Part shown: in pieces, positions 1 through 10,275 of the stretch | Position numbering within the stretch: the stretch's first letter is position 1 | Layout of the letters: each line of letters begins with the position of its first letter | Notes under the pieces: model-generated | Databases searched by the model: none | The model's input: the letters and a program-made list of their open reading frames with translations, nothing else | What the model was told of the DNA's origin: nothing | Program-made: the position numbers and the translations under genes | Origin: an uncultured Sandaracinaceae bacterium | GTDB lineage: Bacteria; Myxococcota_A; Polyangia; Polyangiales; Houyiibacteriaceae | Assembly: GCA_964495565.1 (NCBI GenBank) | Contig: CAZBWQ010000002.1 | Coordinates: forward strand, 28,436-92,435 | Direction of reading: 5' to 3' | DNA length: 64,000 nt

Positions 1-1079
1 AGAACGGGCGGGTAGCTCAGCGGAGAGCTGACTGCCACCAGTCGCCGAGCGTCGGCGAGGTCGAGCCCCATGGTCGCGAGGGCGCCACGGAGCAGCAAGC
101 CGATCGGCTGCCACTCGAGAACCAAGTCCGCCAGGCTGACGACAGGCACGTTCGGGATCGCGAACGCGAGTCGATTTTCGACGCTCGCGAGCATCGAGGT
201 CGTGAACCCACCGAGGCTCATCCCGGTGACCCCGATCTGCTCGGCTCCGCGCTCGCGTTGCAGCCAATCGAAGAGAATCCGAAAGTCGTAAACCGATTGC
301 GCGACCGCTTCATTCAGACGCGACGTGCCCCCGGCGAAGTACCCGTGACCGGAGAAAGGCGAATGTTTCGTCTGTCGCGGGCCATGGAATGGGAGCGTGA
401 ACAACACGATGTCGCAGCCCATGCGGTAAAACCAGGGCAACGCGAACACCCACTCGTTGATCAGATACCAATCGGCGGTGAACCCGTGAATCGCGACGAT
501 GGTCGGACGGGGCCCGTCTCGATGTCGCAAAATGCGGGCATGCGCGACCCGGTTGGCCGCGTGACGCAGGTAAGATTTGTGCTGACTCGGATTGACCGGC
601 TGGAAAGGACTGTCGAACTCGAGGGCCTCGCAAACGCCGTCCTCCGGCTCGAAACGCGGAAGCCATCGCCCCTTGCTGACCCGCATGCGCACGCCCGACG
701 GCGGCTCGTGGAAAAATCGCTTTGGATCGCCCGACTTGGCGATCTCGGCATAGAGCTCCGTGTCACGCACGGCTCTGCGGAGTTGGATCGGATTGTACCC
801 GAGCGGCAGCGCCATGCTCGAGATCATCGACGCCCCGACCGTCCTCAGCACCGTGTCGAAGCTTGCGGCTGCACCGACACGAAGCCGGTCTGCAAAAGCA
901 AGCTCGAACCCCTCGGGGTTGCGTGCGAAGTCACGATCGAGCTCTTCCCACCACAGGCCCTGGGCGAGAAGCGGTGGCGCACGAAGGTACGATTCGTGCG
1001 CGATCCGGGACACCACGGAGATCTCATCCACCCCGTCAGCATACCGGATCGCGATCCTACGGCGCCATTTCCGTCTCAA
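1..1079 (-). CDS. Alpha/beta hydrolase family protein, runs off the window's left edge (3' partial); not in the ORF track
   Basis: Manual translation gives an open frame from a TTG at 1079 (4-nt overlap with the upstream stop) to base 1, with IVAIHGF, TLPFHGPR and the nucleophile elbow GVTGMSLGG. Start codon uncertain. Confidence 0.8.
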   Translation of the reverse strand, partial: MRRKWRRRIAIRYADGVDEISVVSRIAHESYLRAPPLLAQGLWWEELDRDFARNPEGFELAFADRLRVGAAASFDTVLRTVGASMISSMALPLGYNPIQLRRAVRDTELYAEIAKSGDPKRFFHEPPSGVRMRVSKGRWLPRFEPEDGVCEALEFDSPFQPVNPSQHKSYLRHAANRVAHARILRHRDGPRPTIVAIHGFTADWYLINEWVFALPWFYRMGCDIVLFTLPFHGPRQTKHSPFSGHGYFAGGTSRLNEAVAQSVYDFRILFDWLQRERGAEQIGVTGMSLGGFTTSMLASVENRLAFAIPNVPVVSLADLVLEWQPIGLLLRGALATMGLDLADARRLVAVSSPLSYPPV

Positions 1080-1681
1080 CAGTCGGGCTGGATCTCGAAA
1101 GGAAGCGCCCCGAGCAACTCCCCCTGCGGGCTTCGAATCTCGACCCGCCAAAGGCCCGGCGCCTTGGCGTTCCGCGTGTAGGCCCAGGTCCGCCAACGGG
1201 GAACCGACGCCGGAATCCGGAGCTCGACGCCGCCGCTGACCTCCCCGTTCGGGCCGATGAAGTGGACCACGAGGGTCTGCTCCGAGTCACTCGCGTTGGC
1301 AGCCTCGAGGAAGGCGTAGATCCTGTCATTTCCATCGCCGAAGATGGAAGCGGTCGCCGCGGGCTCGCGATCCTCGACGGCCGAAGCCGTCACCAGACGC
1401 TCGAGGGTCAGTCCTTCGATCGGCTCGATCCGAGGCATGAATCGACGGTCCGCTTCCGAAGCTTCCTCGGTGTCCTCGCCTCGTCCGCGATCCTCGGGAT
1501 CCGCATCGACGGCTTGGGGCGCCTCGGTCCCCAGCGTCGAGGTCAAGATCGGTGGCTCCTCGGCCATCCGTTCGACGAGAGCGGACGGCGGGCCAGTCTC
1601 CGCCTGCTCACAGCCCGCGGCCGTCACCAGCAGGACCGGAATCAGCAAGAGCGGTGCATTTCGTTTCGGGTCGTGGTGCAT
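1076..1681 (-). CDS. DUF2914-like domain lipoprotein
   Basis: ATG at 1681 after GGAGGAGG; hydrophobic signal with lipobox-like TAAGC; C-terminal RWRTWAY...GLWRVEIRSPQGELLGALPFEI resembles DUF2914. Confidence 0.7.
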   Translation of the reverse strand: MHHDPKRNAPLLLIPVLLVTAAGCEQAETGPPSALVERMAEEPPILTSTLGTEAPQAVDADPEDRGRGEDTEEASEADRRFMPRIEPIEGLTLERLVTASAVEDREPAATASIFGDGNDRIYAFLEAANASDSEQTLVVHFIGPNGEVSGGVELRIPASVPRWRTWAYTRNAKAPGLWRVEIRSPQGELLGALPFEIQPDC

Positions 1682-1703
1682 GAAACCTCCTCCCCACCCT
1701 CGG

Positions 1704-1720
1704 AGCACGGGGCGTGCCAA
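1704..1720 (-). promoter_or_regulatory. Candidate sigma54 (-24/-12) promoter
   Basis: Minus strand TTGGCACGCCCCGTGCT against consensus YTGGCACGNNNNTTGCW; GG and GC correctly spaced; predicted start ~12 nt before the ATG at 1681, leaving the SD in the leader. Confidence 0.55.
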
Positions 1721-1786
1721 CCCGAATCCGCCTTCTTTTTCGGCGCTTGGGAGCTTCGAGCGTGTCCATGCAGACGCAACCGTGGG

Positions 1787-2335
1787 TCAGCGGCCACGCC
1801 GCATGTCCCCGGTGTGCCCGGGAGGATTTCGAAAGGCCGCAAAGCTCCCCGTGTCGCGCACTTGCTGAAAGTGGTCGATCGCCCAGCGAACCGAAGGAAA
1901 CGCGAGATCCGCCGAAGGCAGATCGTCGAAATCGAACAAACCGACCTCTTCGCTCTCGGGACCGGCGGACACGTCGGGCGACAGCAAACGCGCACGAAAG
2001 AAGAGCTGAAGCTGACTGATGTGACGCAGGCTGTACAGGGCCAAGAGGTCGATGATTTCGAGCTCCGCCCGCGCCTCCTCCCAGGCCTCTCGAACGGCAC
2101 CTTCTTCGGGGGTCTCCCCCATCTCGAGAAAGCCAGCCGGCAACGTCCAGTAGCCGCGTCGGGGGTCGATGGCCCGCCTGCACATCAGAAGCTTGTCGTT
2201 CCAGGTGGCGACCACCCCGACCACGACCTTCGGGTTCTCGTAGACCACGTAGTCGCAATCCGGACAGATCAGACGTTCGCGGTTGTCGCCGGACGGAACC
2301 GTCCGCAGCCTCGGGCCTCTGTCTCGCTCCGCCAT
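1787..2335 (-). CDS. NUDIX hydrolase with N-terminal zinc-ribbon
   Basis: CPDC...YENPKVVVG and Nudix box GFLEMGETPEEGAVREAWEEA. Confidence 0.9.
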   Translation of the reverse strand: MAERDRGPRLRTVPSGDNRERLICPDCDYVVYENPKVVVGVVATWNDKLLMCRRAIDPRRGYWTLPAGFLEMGETPEEGAVREAWEEARAELEIIDLLALYSLRHISQLQLFFRARLLSPDVSAGPESEEVGLFDFDDLPSADLAFPSVRWAIDHFQQVRDTGSFAAFRNPPGHTGDMRRGR

Positions 2336-2407
2336 GCGCAACCAGTGCTACCACGCTGCAAGCGGGTGATCTATGGCAGGATACCGAGCGCGCCTTAGAC
2401 TCCGCGG

Positions 2408-4225
2408 ATGGCCTCGAGACCCCGTCTCGGCAGACCCCAGCTCCTCGGCGTGTTTCGACAGCTCAGGCACGGGCTCGGTCTGGTCTGGACGACCAGCCGA
2501 TCGCTGAGCTTGGTTCTCGCGCTCGCCAGCATGACCGCGGGGCTGCTGCCCGCGGCGGCGGCCTGGGTCGGAAAGCTCATCGTGGACTCCGTGGTTCGGG
2601 CGGCCGAAACCGGCGCTTCCGAAGACCAGCAGACCGCGTTGGTGTGGGTTGGCGTCGAGCTCGGAATCATCGTGCTTCTCTCGGCTTCACAGAGGACGCT
2701 CAACACGTGCCAGCAATTGCTGCGCGCCCAGCTGGGACAACGCGTGAACGAGATGATCCTGCAAAAGGCGCTCACGCTGGATCTGGCAGCCTTCGAAAGC
2801 TCCGAGATCTACGACCGCATGACCCGGGCCCGCCGTGAAGCATCGCAACGTCCGCTGAGCCTGGTGATGCGAACCTTCCAGCTCGCCCAGCATTCTTTTT
2901 CGCTGGTCGCGTACGGAGCTCTTCTCTTGCAACTCTCGGTCTGGGCGTTGGTGATCTTGGTCGTCGCCGCCATTCCATCGTTTCTGGTCGAGACGCGTTT
3001 TTCGGCCGACGCATTTCGACTCTTCACCTGGCGCGCTCCCGAGACGAGAAAGCAAAACTATCTGGAAGTCCTGCTCGCCCGAGAGGACTTCGCGAAGGAA
3101 GTGAAGCTTTTCGACCTCGGACCGGTCTTCCTCGGTCGGTACCGAGACATCTTCCACGACCTGTACGCAGAAGATCGAAGCCTCGCCCTTCGTCGAGGCT
3201 CGTGGGGTTTCGCCTTGGGGCTCCTGAGCACCGTGGCCTTCTATGGTGCGTATGCATGGATCGCGCTCGAAACGATCGCGAGGCGGATCACGCTGGGCGA
3301 CATGACCATGTACTTGCTGGTGTTCAAGCAAGGTCAGTCGGCGTTGGCATCGATCTTGACCTCGCTCGGCGGCATGTACGAAGACACGCTGTACTTGTCG
3401 AATCTCTCCGAGTACCTGGAGTACGAGGCGCCGGACGAGGGTGGCGCGGCGATTCAGGGTCCCCTCCCGGGCGACGGGATTCGCTTCGAGGAGGTGAGCT
3501 TCACCTATCCGGACGCGCATGCACCCGCATTGCAAGAGGTCAGCTTGCATCTGCGTCCGGGCCGAAAGCTCGCGCTGGTCGGAGAAAACGGCGCGGGCAA
3601 GACGACGTTGATCAAGCTGCTGACGCGGCTCTACCGACCGACCGGGGGGCGCATCCTGCTCGATGGTCTCGAGCTCGACGCGTGGGACATCGCGGTGCTT
3701 CGGAGGCGCATCGGCGTGATCTTCCAGGACTTCGTGCGCTACCAGCTCGCCGCCGGCGAGAACGTGGGAGTCGGCGACGTACGCGCCTTTTCCGATCCTG
3801 CACGCTGGGAAGAAGCTGCCGAAAAGGGCATGGCCCACGACTTCCTCGCGCGACTCCCGGAGGGCTATCAGACCCAACTCGGGCGTTGGTTCGACAAGGG
3901 CCAAGAGCTGTCGCTCGGTCAGTGGCAGAAGGTCGCACTCTCGAGAGCCTTCATGCGGGAAGAAGCCGACATTCTGGTCCTCGACGAGCCCACGGCCTCG
4001 ATGGATGCCGAAGCGGAAGCGACGGTCTTCGAGCGTTTCGGACGACTGGCGTCCGACAAGATGGTGATCCTGATCTCTCATCGGTTCTCGACGGTACGAA
4101 TGGCCGACGAGATCGTCGTGCTCGAACGCGGTCGCGTGACCGAACGAGGCACCCACGAATCGCTGATGCACCGAGACGGTCAGTACGCGAGGTTGTTCAC
4201 GCTTCAAGCCGCGGGCTATCGGTGA
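2408..4225 (+). CDS. ABC exporter, fused permease/ATP-binding protein
   Basis: N-terminal TM segments; Walker A GENGAGKTT, signature LSLGQWQ, Walker B ILVLDEPT, H-loop ISHRFST. Confidence 0.93.
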   Translation: MASRPRLGRPQLLGVFRQLRHGLGLVWTTSRSLSLVLALASMTAGLLPAAAAWVGKLIVDSVVRAAETGASEDQQTALVWVGVELGIIVLLSASQRTLNTCQQLLRAQLGQRVNEMILQKALTLDLAAFESSEIYDRMTRARREASQRPLSLVMRTFQLAQHSFSLVAYGALLLQLSVWALVILVVAAIPSFLVETRFSADAFRLFTWRAPETRKQNYLEVLLAREDFAKEVKLFDLGPVFLGRYRDIFHDLYAEDRSLALRRGSWGFALGLLSTVAFYGAYAWIALETIARRITLGDMTMYLLVFKQGQSALASILTSLGGMYEDTLYLSNLSEYLEYEAPDEGGAAIQGPLPGDGIRFEEVSFTYPDAHAPALQEVSLHLRPGRKLALVGENGAGKTTLIKLLTRLYRPTGGRILLDGLELDAWDIAVLRRRIGVIFQDFVRYQLAAGENVGVGDVRAFSDPARWEEAAEKGMAHDFLARLPEGYQTQLGRWFDKGQELSLGQWQKVALSRAFMREEADILVLDEPTASMDAEAEATVFERFGRLASDKMVILISHRFSTVRMADEIVVLERGRVTERGTHESLMHRDGQYARLFTLQAAGYR

Positions 4226-4249
4226 CGCCGAATCGAGCCGGAAGCCGCC

Positions 4250-6439
4250 TCAGGATGGGTAGAACTTCCGCCCTTCGGAGGCCATGTCACGCAAGAGCTG
4301 CGGCGGCTCGAAGCGCTCGCCATATCGAGAATGGAGCTCCTCGGCATCCTGGACGAAGGCCGCCACTCCGTAGTTGTCGATGTACGTGAAGGGCCCGCCC
4401 GTGAACGCGGGGAATCCGACCGCCATGATGACGCCGACATCGCCATCGCGAACGTCGGTGATGACGCCCTGCTCGAGACACCGGACCGCTTCGAGGCATT
4501 GGACGAACAAGTACCGCCGCTTGACGACGTCCGGGCTCGGTTGCTCGTCGGCCTCTCGAATCCAACGGCTCATCGCATGGGTCAGCTCGGGCCAAAGCCG
4601 CTTTCCCTGGTCTGCATAATCGTAAAAGCCGCCCGGAGATCGCGGTGTTCCATCGTCCCGCGGAGGAGGATTTGCACCCCACCGATCGTGGTCCTCGATG
4701 AGTGACGCGACGATCGACTGCGCCGGCGACGGCTGCCACTTCTTTCCGGCCGCTTCGGCGTCCTGCTCGGCCTGCTTGGCAACCTTGTACATCGTGCCTA
4801 GCCCGACTTGATCCGAAATGCCGAGGGGGGGCATCGGCATGCCGGCAGCCTTCGCCGCATTCTCGATCAGCGCCGGATTGACCCCCTCGACCAACAGATG
4901 GTTGCCCTCCGAGATGAACGTGCCGAATACCCTGCTCGTGTAGAAGCCGGGGCTGTCGTTCACGACGATCCCCGCTTTTTTGATCTGCAGAACGTAGTCC
5001 CACGCTCGGGCCAAGGTCTCCTCCGACGTCTTCTTGCCGACGACGATCTCGACCATCTGCATGCGCTCGACCGGCGAGAAGAAGTGTAGTCCGATGAAAC
5101 GCTCGGGACGGCTGGAGGCTTCCGCGAGCTCCGTGATGGGAAGCCCCGACGTGTTCGAGGCGAAAATCGCCTCGTCATCGAGGCGCATGTCGGCATCACG
5201 GGTCACGTTCGCCTTGAGGTTTCGGTCTTCGAAGACCGCCTCGACGACGACGTCGCACCCCCGCAGATCGTCGTAGCTCTCGGTCGGGTGAATGCGCCGC
5301 AAGATCGCCTCGACTCGCTCCGGCGTCGTGCGGCCTTTCTTCAGACGCCTCTCGAGTGCCTTTGCGACCATCTCTTTGCCGCGCTGAGCGCTCGCCAAGT
5401 CGCGATCCACCAGCACCACATCGATCCCGGCCTTGGCCGACACGTGCGCGATGCCCTGTCCCATCAGGCCCGCACCGAGGACACCCACCTTCTTGGTTTC
5501 GTGTCGCGGGACGTCTTTGGGTCGGCGTGCACCCTTCTGGCACGCCTGAAGGCCGAAAAACAAGGTCCGCAACATGCTTCGAGCCGTGGGATCTTGCAGT
5601 ACGCGGATGAACTGCCGCGTCTCGACTCGGCCTGCTCGGTCCATCGGGAGGCCGAGACCCTCGTACACCGACTGCAGAATCGCTTGCTGGGAAAGCATGT
5701 TCCCGTACGTGTTCGCATGGGTCATCGCATTGGAGCCCATCATCGTTTGCGCGAACGTGACGGAGCCCGCGCCACCGCCGGGAACCTCGTAGCCCTTTTC
5801 GTCCCACGGCTGGGTGGCTTTGCCCACCTTTTCGATCCAGCGCTTGGCTGCCGGCACCAGATCGTCGGGCTCGACGAGCTCGTCGACCAACCCCTTGGCG
5901 AGCGCCTGCTCGGGGTCGAGCTGGGTTCCTCGCATGATGAGGGCGAGCGCCCCCTGGATGCCGATGAGGCGTGGCAAGCGTTGGGTGCCGCCCGCGCCGG
6001 GCATCAAGCCGAGGCCGGCTTCCGGTAATCCGACCTGGGCGTGACGCTCGTCGACCAGGATGCGGCGATGGCACGCAAGCGCGACCTCGTATCCACCTCC
6101 CAGAGTCACGCCATTGAGCGCCGCCACCACTGGTTTGCCACAGGTTTCCATGCGGCGTAGCTGGTCGAGCACGGCACCCGTTCGCGCCAAGAAATCCGCC
6201 GCGTCGATCGGACCCGAGCCGAGCTGCTCGATCTGCTGCAAATCGCCTCCCGCGACGAAAACCCCTGGCTTGCCGGACGTCAACACGATGCCTTTGACGT
6301 TCTCGTCGGCGACGGCCCGCTCGACCGCCGCACCGAGCTCGGCCAGCGCATCGCCGCTCAGGACGTTCATGGGCCGGTTGGGGTCGTTCCACGTCAGGAC
6401 GGCAATGCCGTCGTCCACTCGATAATCGATGATCGCCAT
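4250..6439 (-). CDS. fadB: Fatty-acid oxidation multifunctional enzyme alpha subunit (enoyl-CoA hydratase + 3-hydroxyacyl-CoA dehydrogenase)
   Basis: True start [11 protein letters not shown] at 6439 (ORF-track start is over-extended); crotonase motifs GGGYEVAL and [24 protein letters not shown]; HAD motifs [27 protein letters not shown]. Confidence 0.92.
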   Translation of the reverse strand: MAIIDYRVDDGIAVLTWNDPNRPMNVLSGDALAELGAAVERAVADENVKGIVLTSGKPGVFVAGGDLQQIEQLGSGPIDAADFLARTGAVLDQLRRMETCGKPVVAALNGVTLGGGYEVALACHRRILVDERHAQVGLPEAGLGLMPGAGGTQRLPRLIGIQGALALIMRGTQLDPEQALAKGLVDELVEPDDLVPAAKRWIEKVGKATQPWDEKGYEVPGGGAGSVTFAQTMMGSNAMTHANTYGNMLSQQAILQSVYEGLGLPMDRAGRVETRQFIRVLQDPTARSMLRTLFFGLQACQKGARRPKDVPRHETKKVGVLGAGLMGQGIAHVSAKAGIDVVLVDRDLASAQRGKEMVAKALERRLKKGRTTPERVEAILRRIHPTESYDDLRGCDVVVEAVFEDRNLKANVTRDADMRLDDEAIFASNTSGLPITELAEASSRPERFIGLHFFSPVERMQMVEIVVGKKTSEETLARAWDYVLQIKKAGIVVNDSPGFYTSRVFGTFISEGNHLLVEGVNPALIENAAKAAGMPMPPLGISDQVGLGTMYKVAKQAEQDAEAAGKKWQPSPAQSIVASLIEDHDRWGANPPPRDDGTPRSPGGFYDYADQGKRLWPELTHAMSRWIREADEQPSPDVVKRRYLFVQCLEAVRCLEQGVITDVRDGDVGVIMAVGFPAFTGGPFTYIDNYGVAAFVQDAEELHSRYGERFEPPQLLRDMASEGRKFYPS

Positions 6440-6444
6440 TTTCC

Positions 6445-7656
6445 TCAAACCCGTTCGATGATCGTGGAAGTCCCCATGCCGGCGCCGACGCACAGGCTCA
6501 CCAAACCCGTGCTTCGATCCCGGCGCTCGAGCTCGTCGAGAATGGTGCCGAGCAGCATCGCGCCGGTCGCACCCAGCGGATGTCCAAATGCAATCGCGCC
6601 TCCGTTGACGTTCGTGATCGAGTGATCGATACCCATCTCGTCCATGAACAGGAGGCAAACCGAGGCGAAAGCCTCGTTGATCTCCCACAGATCCACGTCC
6701 GAAGCGCGCATGCCCGCCCTCGAAAGCGCCTTCTTGGACGCCGGCGCGGGCCCGGTGAGCATGATGCAGGGCTCCGTGCCCACCGTGGCGGAGCGCACGA
6801 TCCGCGCTCTCGGCTCGAGGCCGAGCCGGTCGCCCGCTTCCTTGCTGCCGAGCAAGACGGCGGCAGCGCCATCGACGATACCCGACGAGTTGCCGGCATG
6901 GTGCACGTGCTCGATGTGCTCGACGTCGGGGTGCTTCTGAATCGCCACCGCATCGAATCCGAAGTTGCGGCCCATCATCTCGAAGCTCGGCGGGAGCTGG
7001 GCGAGATCGGCCAGCGTGGTTCCGGGACGCATGTGCTCGTCCCGTTCGAGCATGGTGACGCCGACGGCGTCCTTCACCGGGATGACGGAACGATCGAAGT
7101 ATCGGTTCTCCCAAGCCGCCGCTGCGCGGCTCTGGCTCTCGACGGCAAACGAGTCGACGTCGTGGCGGCTGTGGCCGTGCTTGGTGGCGATCAAATCCGC
7201 GCTGATGCCCTGCGGGACGAACGACGTGCTCCAGGCGAGCTCTGGATCGGCGGACCACGCGCCGCCCGACGCACCCATTGGAATTCGGCTCATGCTTTCG
7301 ACACCGCCCGCGACGATCAGGTCGACGTCACCCGCTTTGACCTTTGCGGCGGCGATGTTCACGGCCTCGAGCCCCGACGAGCAGAAACGATTCAACTGGA
7401 ACCCCGGCACGCCTTCGTCGTAGCCGGCCATCAGCGCGGCCATTCGACCCACGTTGGCGCCCTGCTCTCCCACCGGCTCCACGCAGCCGAAGATCACGTC
7501 CTCGATCTCCTTGCTGTCGAAGCCACCTCGCTCGGGAAGCACCCGCAGAACGGCCTTGGCGAGCTGCAAGGGCGTGGCGTCCGCGAGCGCGCCGTCCTTT
7601 TTTCGCCCCTTGCCGCGGGGTGTGCGTACTGCGTCGTAAATGAAGCACTCGGTCAT
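6445..7656 (-). CDS. fadA: Acetyl-CoA C-acyltransferase (thiolase), beta subunit partner of FadB
   Basis: Start [17 protein letters not shown]; NRFCSSG (catalytic Cys), [23 protein letters not shown]. Confidence 0.93.
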   Translation of the reverse strand: MTECFIYDAVRTPRGKGRKKDGALADATPLQLAKAVLRVLPERGGFDSKEIEDVIFGCVEPVGEQGANVGRMAALMAGYDEGVPGFQLNRFCSSGLEAVNIAAAKVKAGDVDLIVAGGVESMSRIPMGASGGAWSADPELAWSTSFVPQGISADLIATKHGHSRHDVDSFAVESQSRAAAAWENRYFDRSVIPVKDAVGVTMLERDEHMRPGTTLADLAQLPPSFEMMGRNFGFDAVAIQKHPDVEHIEHVHHAGNSSGIVDGAAAVLLGSKEAGDRLGLEPRARIVRSATVGTEPCIMLTGPAPASKKALSRAGMRASDVDLWEINEAFASVCLLFMDEMGIDHSITNVNGGAIAFGHPLGATGAMLLGTILDELERRDRSTGLVSLCVGAGMGTSTIIERV

Positions 7657-7723
7657 CGAATCTTCCTTTCGGGGGTTCCGAGCGCGCGGCTTCGGACCCG
7701 CCAGCGGCTGCAGCCGCCGTGAC

Positions 7724-7737
7724 TGAAACATGTTCTA
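7724..7737. promoter_or_regulatory. Palindromic operator candidate, KstR-like TnnAACnnGTTnnA
   Basis: TGAAACATGTTCTA, 67 bp upstream of the fadA start, within the 116-bp chaN-fadA gap. Confidence 0.5.
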
Positions 7738-7772
7738 GTTTGCGCGCGACGACCGCGCAAACGCCGGCCGCG

Positions 7773-8669
7773 CTAGCCGTCCACCGCCCAATAGAAGTCG
7801 GCGGCGCGCTCCTCGGCGGGCCGGTCGAGCTCGGCCTCCAGCTCCTCTTCGGTCACGGGCAACACGACCGCGTAGGGCTCTGCGCCTCGTTTGGCGGCCC
7901 GGTCCGGGATGCCGAGGCCGTATTTCACGTGCACGCGGCCCGCGAAAACGATCATCTTCGCCGGACCGGCCGGTCTCGCCAGCGTTTCGGCCACGCGAGC
8001 ACCCATCGTTTCGTCCCAAACCACCTGCGCGGCGTAGTACTGCTCCACGGTTTCCTCGGCGGCGTGCTCACCCACGTCGAACTCGGCGTCGAACAGGGCC
8101 CTGTGCTCGGGATGGTCGAGATCGAGCTCGGGAAGGCGCTCTGCCTGCTCGGGAGGCAAGGAGCCCAGCCCGTCCTTGGCGATCGCATAGCTCAGCTCCC
8201 GCGGTGCATTGAGCGCCACCACTTCGATCCCGCGGTTGCGCGCATATTCCAAGATGGGACGGTAGAGGCTGAAATCGAAGCCCCATCGTTGGTCGTACTC
8301 GGTGTCCCGTCGAAGAACGCTCTCGTCGATCAAACCGGCGCTCCATTCGTCGAGCGGCTGCTGAAAGGGAACCTGAAACATCTCCATTCCGATGGCGAGC
8401 GACGGCTCGTAGCGGTGCAGCTCCTTCAGGATCGAGTACTGGACCGCGTGGTCGCTCGGCTCGTCGTGGCGTTCACCGACGTAGACGACCCGTTTGGCGC
8501 GAAGCGCTGCCAGAAATTCTTCTGCGCTCACCTTTCGGCCCGTCTTCGCATCGACGAGCGAGAGCGACCCAGGCTCTTCTCGAACGATCGAGTCCGCCGT
8601 GCGGGGCTCCCTGCCGGTGGACGCCGCGCACCCCATGCAGACCATCAACGTGAAGGCGAGCAACCTCAT
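7773..8669 (-). CDS. ChaN-family lipoprotein (haem/cofactor-binding, EreA/TIKI-like fold)
   Basis: Start MRLLAFTLMVCMGC (lipobox); VVYVGERHDEPSDH, IGMEMF, WDETMG, FAGRVH; ATG overlaps the orn stop. Confidence 0.8.
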   Translation of the reverse strand: MRLLAFTLMVCMGCAASTGREPRTADSIVREEPGSLSLVDAKTGRKVSAEEFLAALRAKRVVYVGERHDEPSDHAVQYSILKELHRYEPSLAIGMEMFQVPFQQPLDEWSAGLIDESVLRRDTEYDQRWGFDFSLYRPILEYARNRGIEVVALNAPRELSYAIAKDGLGSLPPEQAERLPELDLDHPEHRALFDAEFDVGEHAAEETVEQYYAAQVVWDETMGARVAETLARPAGPAKMIVFAGRVHVKYGLGIPDRAAKRGAEPYAVVLPVTEEELEAELDRPAEERAADFYWAVDG

Positions 8670-9211
8670 GTTTCGGGGGGAAGGAAAAGCGCCTCTCGGT
8701 AGTATCGCAGCTCCTCGATCGATTCCAAGAGGTCGTCCATGGCGCGATGGCTTCCCTTTTTCGTCGGTCGCCCCGCGTACTTCTTGGGGAACCAACGGAG
8801 CGCGAGCTCCTTGATCGTCGAGACGTCGATGTTGCGGTAGTGAAACCAAGCCTCCAGCTCGGGCATGTAGCGCGCGAGGAAGCGGCGATCCTGGTGGATC
8901 GAGTTGCCGGCGAGTGGAACCTTTCTCTTCTCGGTGTGCTCGGCGAGGAACTGCAGGATGGCTGCCGAGGCCTCGGCTTCGTCGATGGTCGATTGCCGAA
9001 CTCGCTCGGTGAGCCCCGACTCCCCGTGGTGCTTCGTATTCCACTCGTCCATGGCGCCGAGGAGGTCGTCCGGTTGTTTGATCACGAGGTTGGGCCCCTC
9101 GGCGATCAGCTTCAGATCGCCATCCGTCACGAGCACCGCCACCTCCAGGATCCGTTCCCTGTCGGGATCGAGGCCCGACATTTCCATGTCCATCCACGCG
9201 ATCGCTGTCAT
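8666..9211 (-). CDS. orn: Oligoribonuclease
   Basis: WMDMEMSGLD, LAGNSIHQDRRFL, HYRNIDVSTIKEL, HRAMDDLLESIEELRYYR. Confidence 0.97.
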   Translation of the reverse strand: MTAIAWMDMEMSGLDPDRERILEVAVLVTDGDLKLIAEGPNLVIKQPDDLLGAMDEWNTKHHGESGLTERVRQSTIDEAEASAAILQFLAEHTEKRKVPLAGNSIHQDRRFLARYMPELEAWFHYRNIDVSTIKELALRWFPKKYAGRPTKKGSHRAMDDLLESIEELRYYREALFLPPET

Positions 9212-9268
9212 GGCTCGGGGAGGCTTAGCATGGGCCGCGCGGATCCGCCTTCGGCGCCTGGTTCGGCA

Positions 9269-9298
9269 TTGAACTCACCGTGAACTGGCGTATAGACT
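9269..9298 (+). promoter_or_regulatory. Candidate sigma70 promoter of cysD-cysN
   Basis: TTGAAC-N18-TAGACT; TGAACT also repeats directly at 9270 and 9281 (11-bp period). Confidence 0.4.
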
Positions 9299-9332
9299 GG
9301 CCAGCCGACCAAGACTGTCTTAGAGAGCGCAC

Positions 9333-10247
9333 GTGCAACCAAGCGACCGAAAGCTGAGTCAGCTCCGCCAGCTCGAGGCGGAGAGCATCCACATCATCCG
9401 CGAGGCGGCGGCTGAATTCGGTAACCCCGTGATGATGTACTCCGTGGGCAAGGACTCGTCGGTCATGCTCCGGCTCGCCGAGAAGGCGTTCTCGCCAGGT
9501 CCGCTCCCGTTTCCGCTGTTGCACGTCGACACGACCTGGAAGTTCCAGGACATGTACCGGTACCGCGATCGGATCGAGGCCAACCTCAAGGGCAAGCTGA
9601 TCAAGTACACGAACCAGGAAGGTGTCGCGATGGGGATGAACCCCTTCGACTTCGGGAGCAAGAAGTACACCGACATCATGAAGACCGAGGCGCTGAAGCA
9701 AGCGTTGACGAAATACGAGTTCGATTGCGCCTTCGGTGGAGCGAGACGCGACGAGGAGAAGTCGCGCGCCAAGGAGCGCATCTTCTCCTTCCGCGACAGC
9801 CATCACGTCTGGGATCCGAAGAATCAACGCCCCGAGCTCTGGAACGTCTTCAACGCCCAGATCAAGAAGGGTGAGAACGTTCGGGTCTTTCCATTGAGCA
9901 ATTGGACCGAGCTCGACGTGTGGCTTTACGTCTGGCTGGAGGACATCCCCGTCGTTCCTCTGTACTTCGCCGCGGAGCGACCCGTCGTGGAGCGTTCAGG
10001 CACCTGGATTCTGATGGACGACGAGCGAATGCGCCTGGAGCCCGGCGAGAAACCACAGATGAAGAGAGTGCGGTTTCGAACGCTTGGTTGCTATCCGCTG
10101 AGCGGAGCCGTCGAATCGGACGCGGACACGGTTCCCAAAGTCATCCAGGAGATGCTCCTGAATCGATTCTCCGAACGGCAGGGGCGCCTCATCGATTTCG
10201 ACGAAGAGGGATCGATGGAGGTCAAAAAGCGCGAGGGATATTTCTGA
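9333..10247 (+). CDS. cysD: Sulfate adenylyltransferase subunit 2
   Basis: [56 protein letters not shown]. Confidence 0.97.
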   Translation: MQPSDRKLSQLRQLEAESIHIIREAAAEFGNPVMMYSVGKDSSVMLRLAEKAFSPGPLPFPLLHVDTTWKFQDMYRYRDRIEANLKGKLIKYTNQEGVAMGMNPFDFGSKKYTDIMKTEALKQALTKYEFDCAFGGARRDEEKSRAKERIFSFRDSHHVWDPKNQRPELWNVFNAQIKKGENVRVFPLSNWTELDVWLYVWLEDIPVVPLYFAAERPVVERSGTWILMDDERMRLEPGEKPQMKRVRFRTLGCYPLSGAVESDADTVPKVIQEMLLNRFSERQGRLIDFDEEGSMEVKKREGYF

Positions 10248-10275
10248 GCCCGCGTCGAGGGCTTCGGGGAAATGC

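Noticed and set aside
6-70. tRNA-like start GGGCGGGTAGCTCAGCGGAGAGC
   Set aside because: The anticodon-position hairpin has a 4-nt loop, there is no TTCGA T-loop or matching acceptor 3' strand, and the bases encode the hydrolase on the minus strand (...VSSPLSYPPV).
6440-7258. 1002-aa FadB with an N-terminal extension, as given in the ORF track
   Set aside because: The extension is an off-frame read of the thiolase gene; the real start is at 6439. Similar over-extended starts were trimmed for chaN, TetR, feoB, rplI, prs and cdnL.
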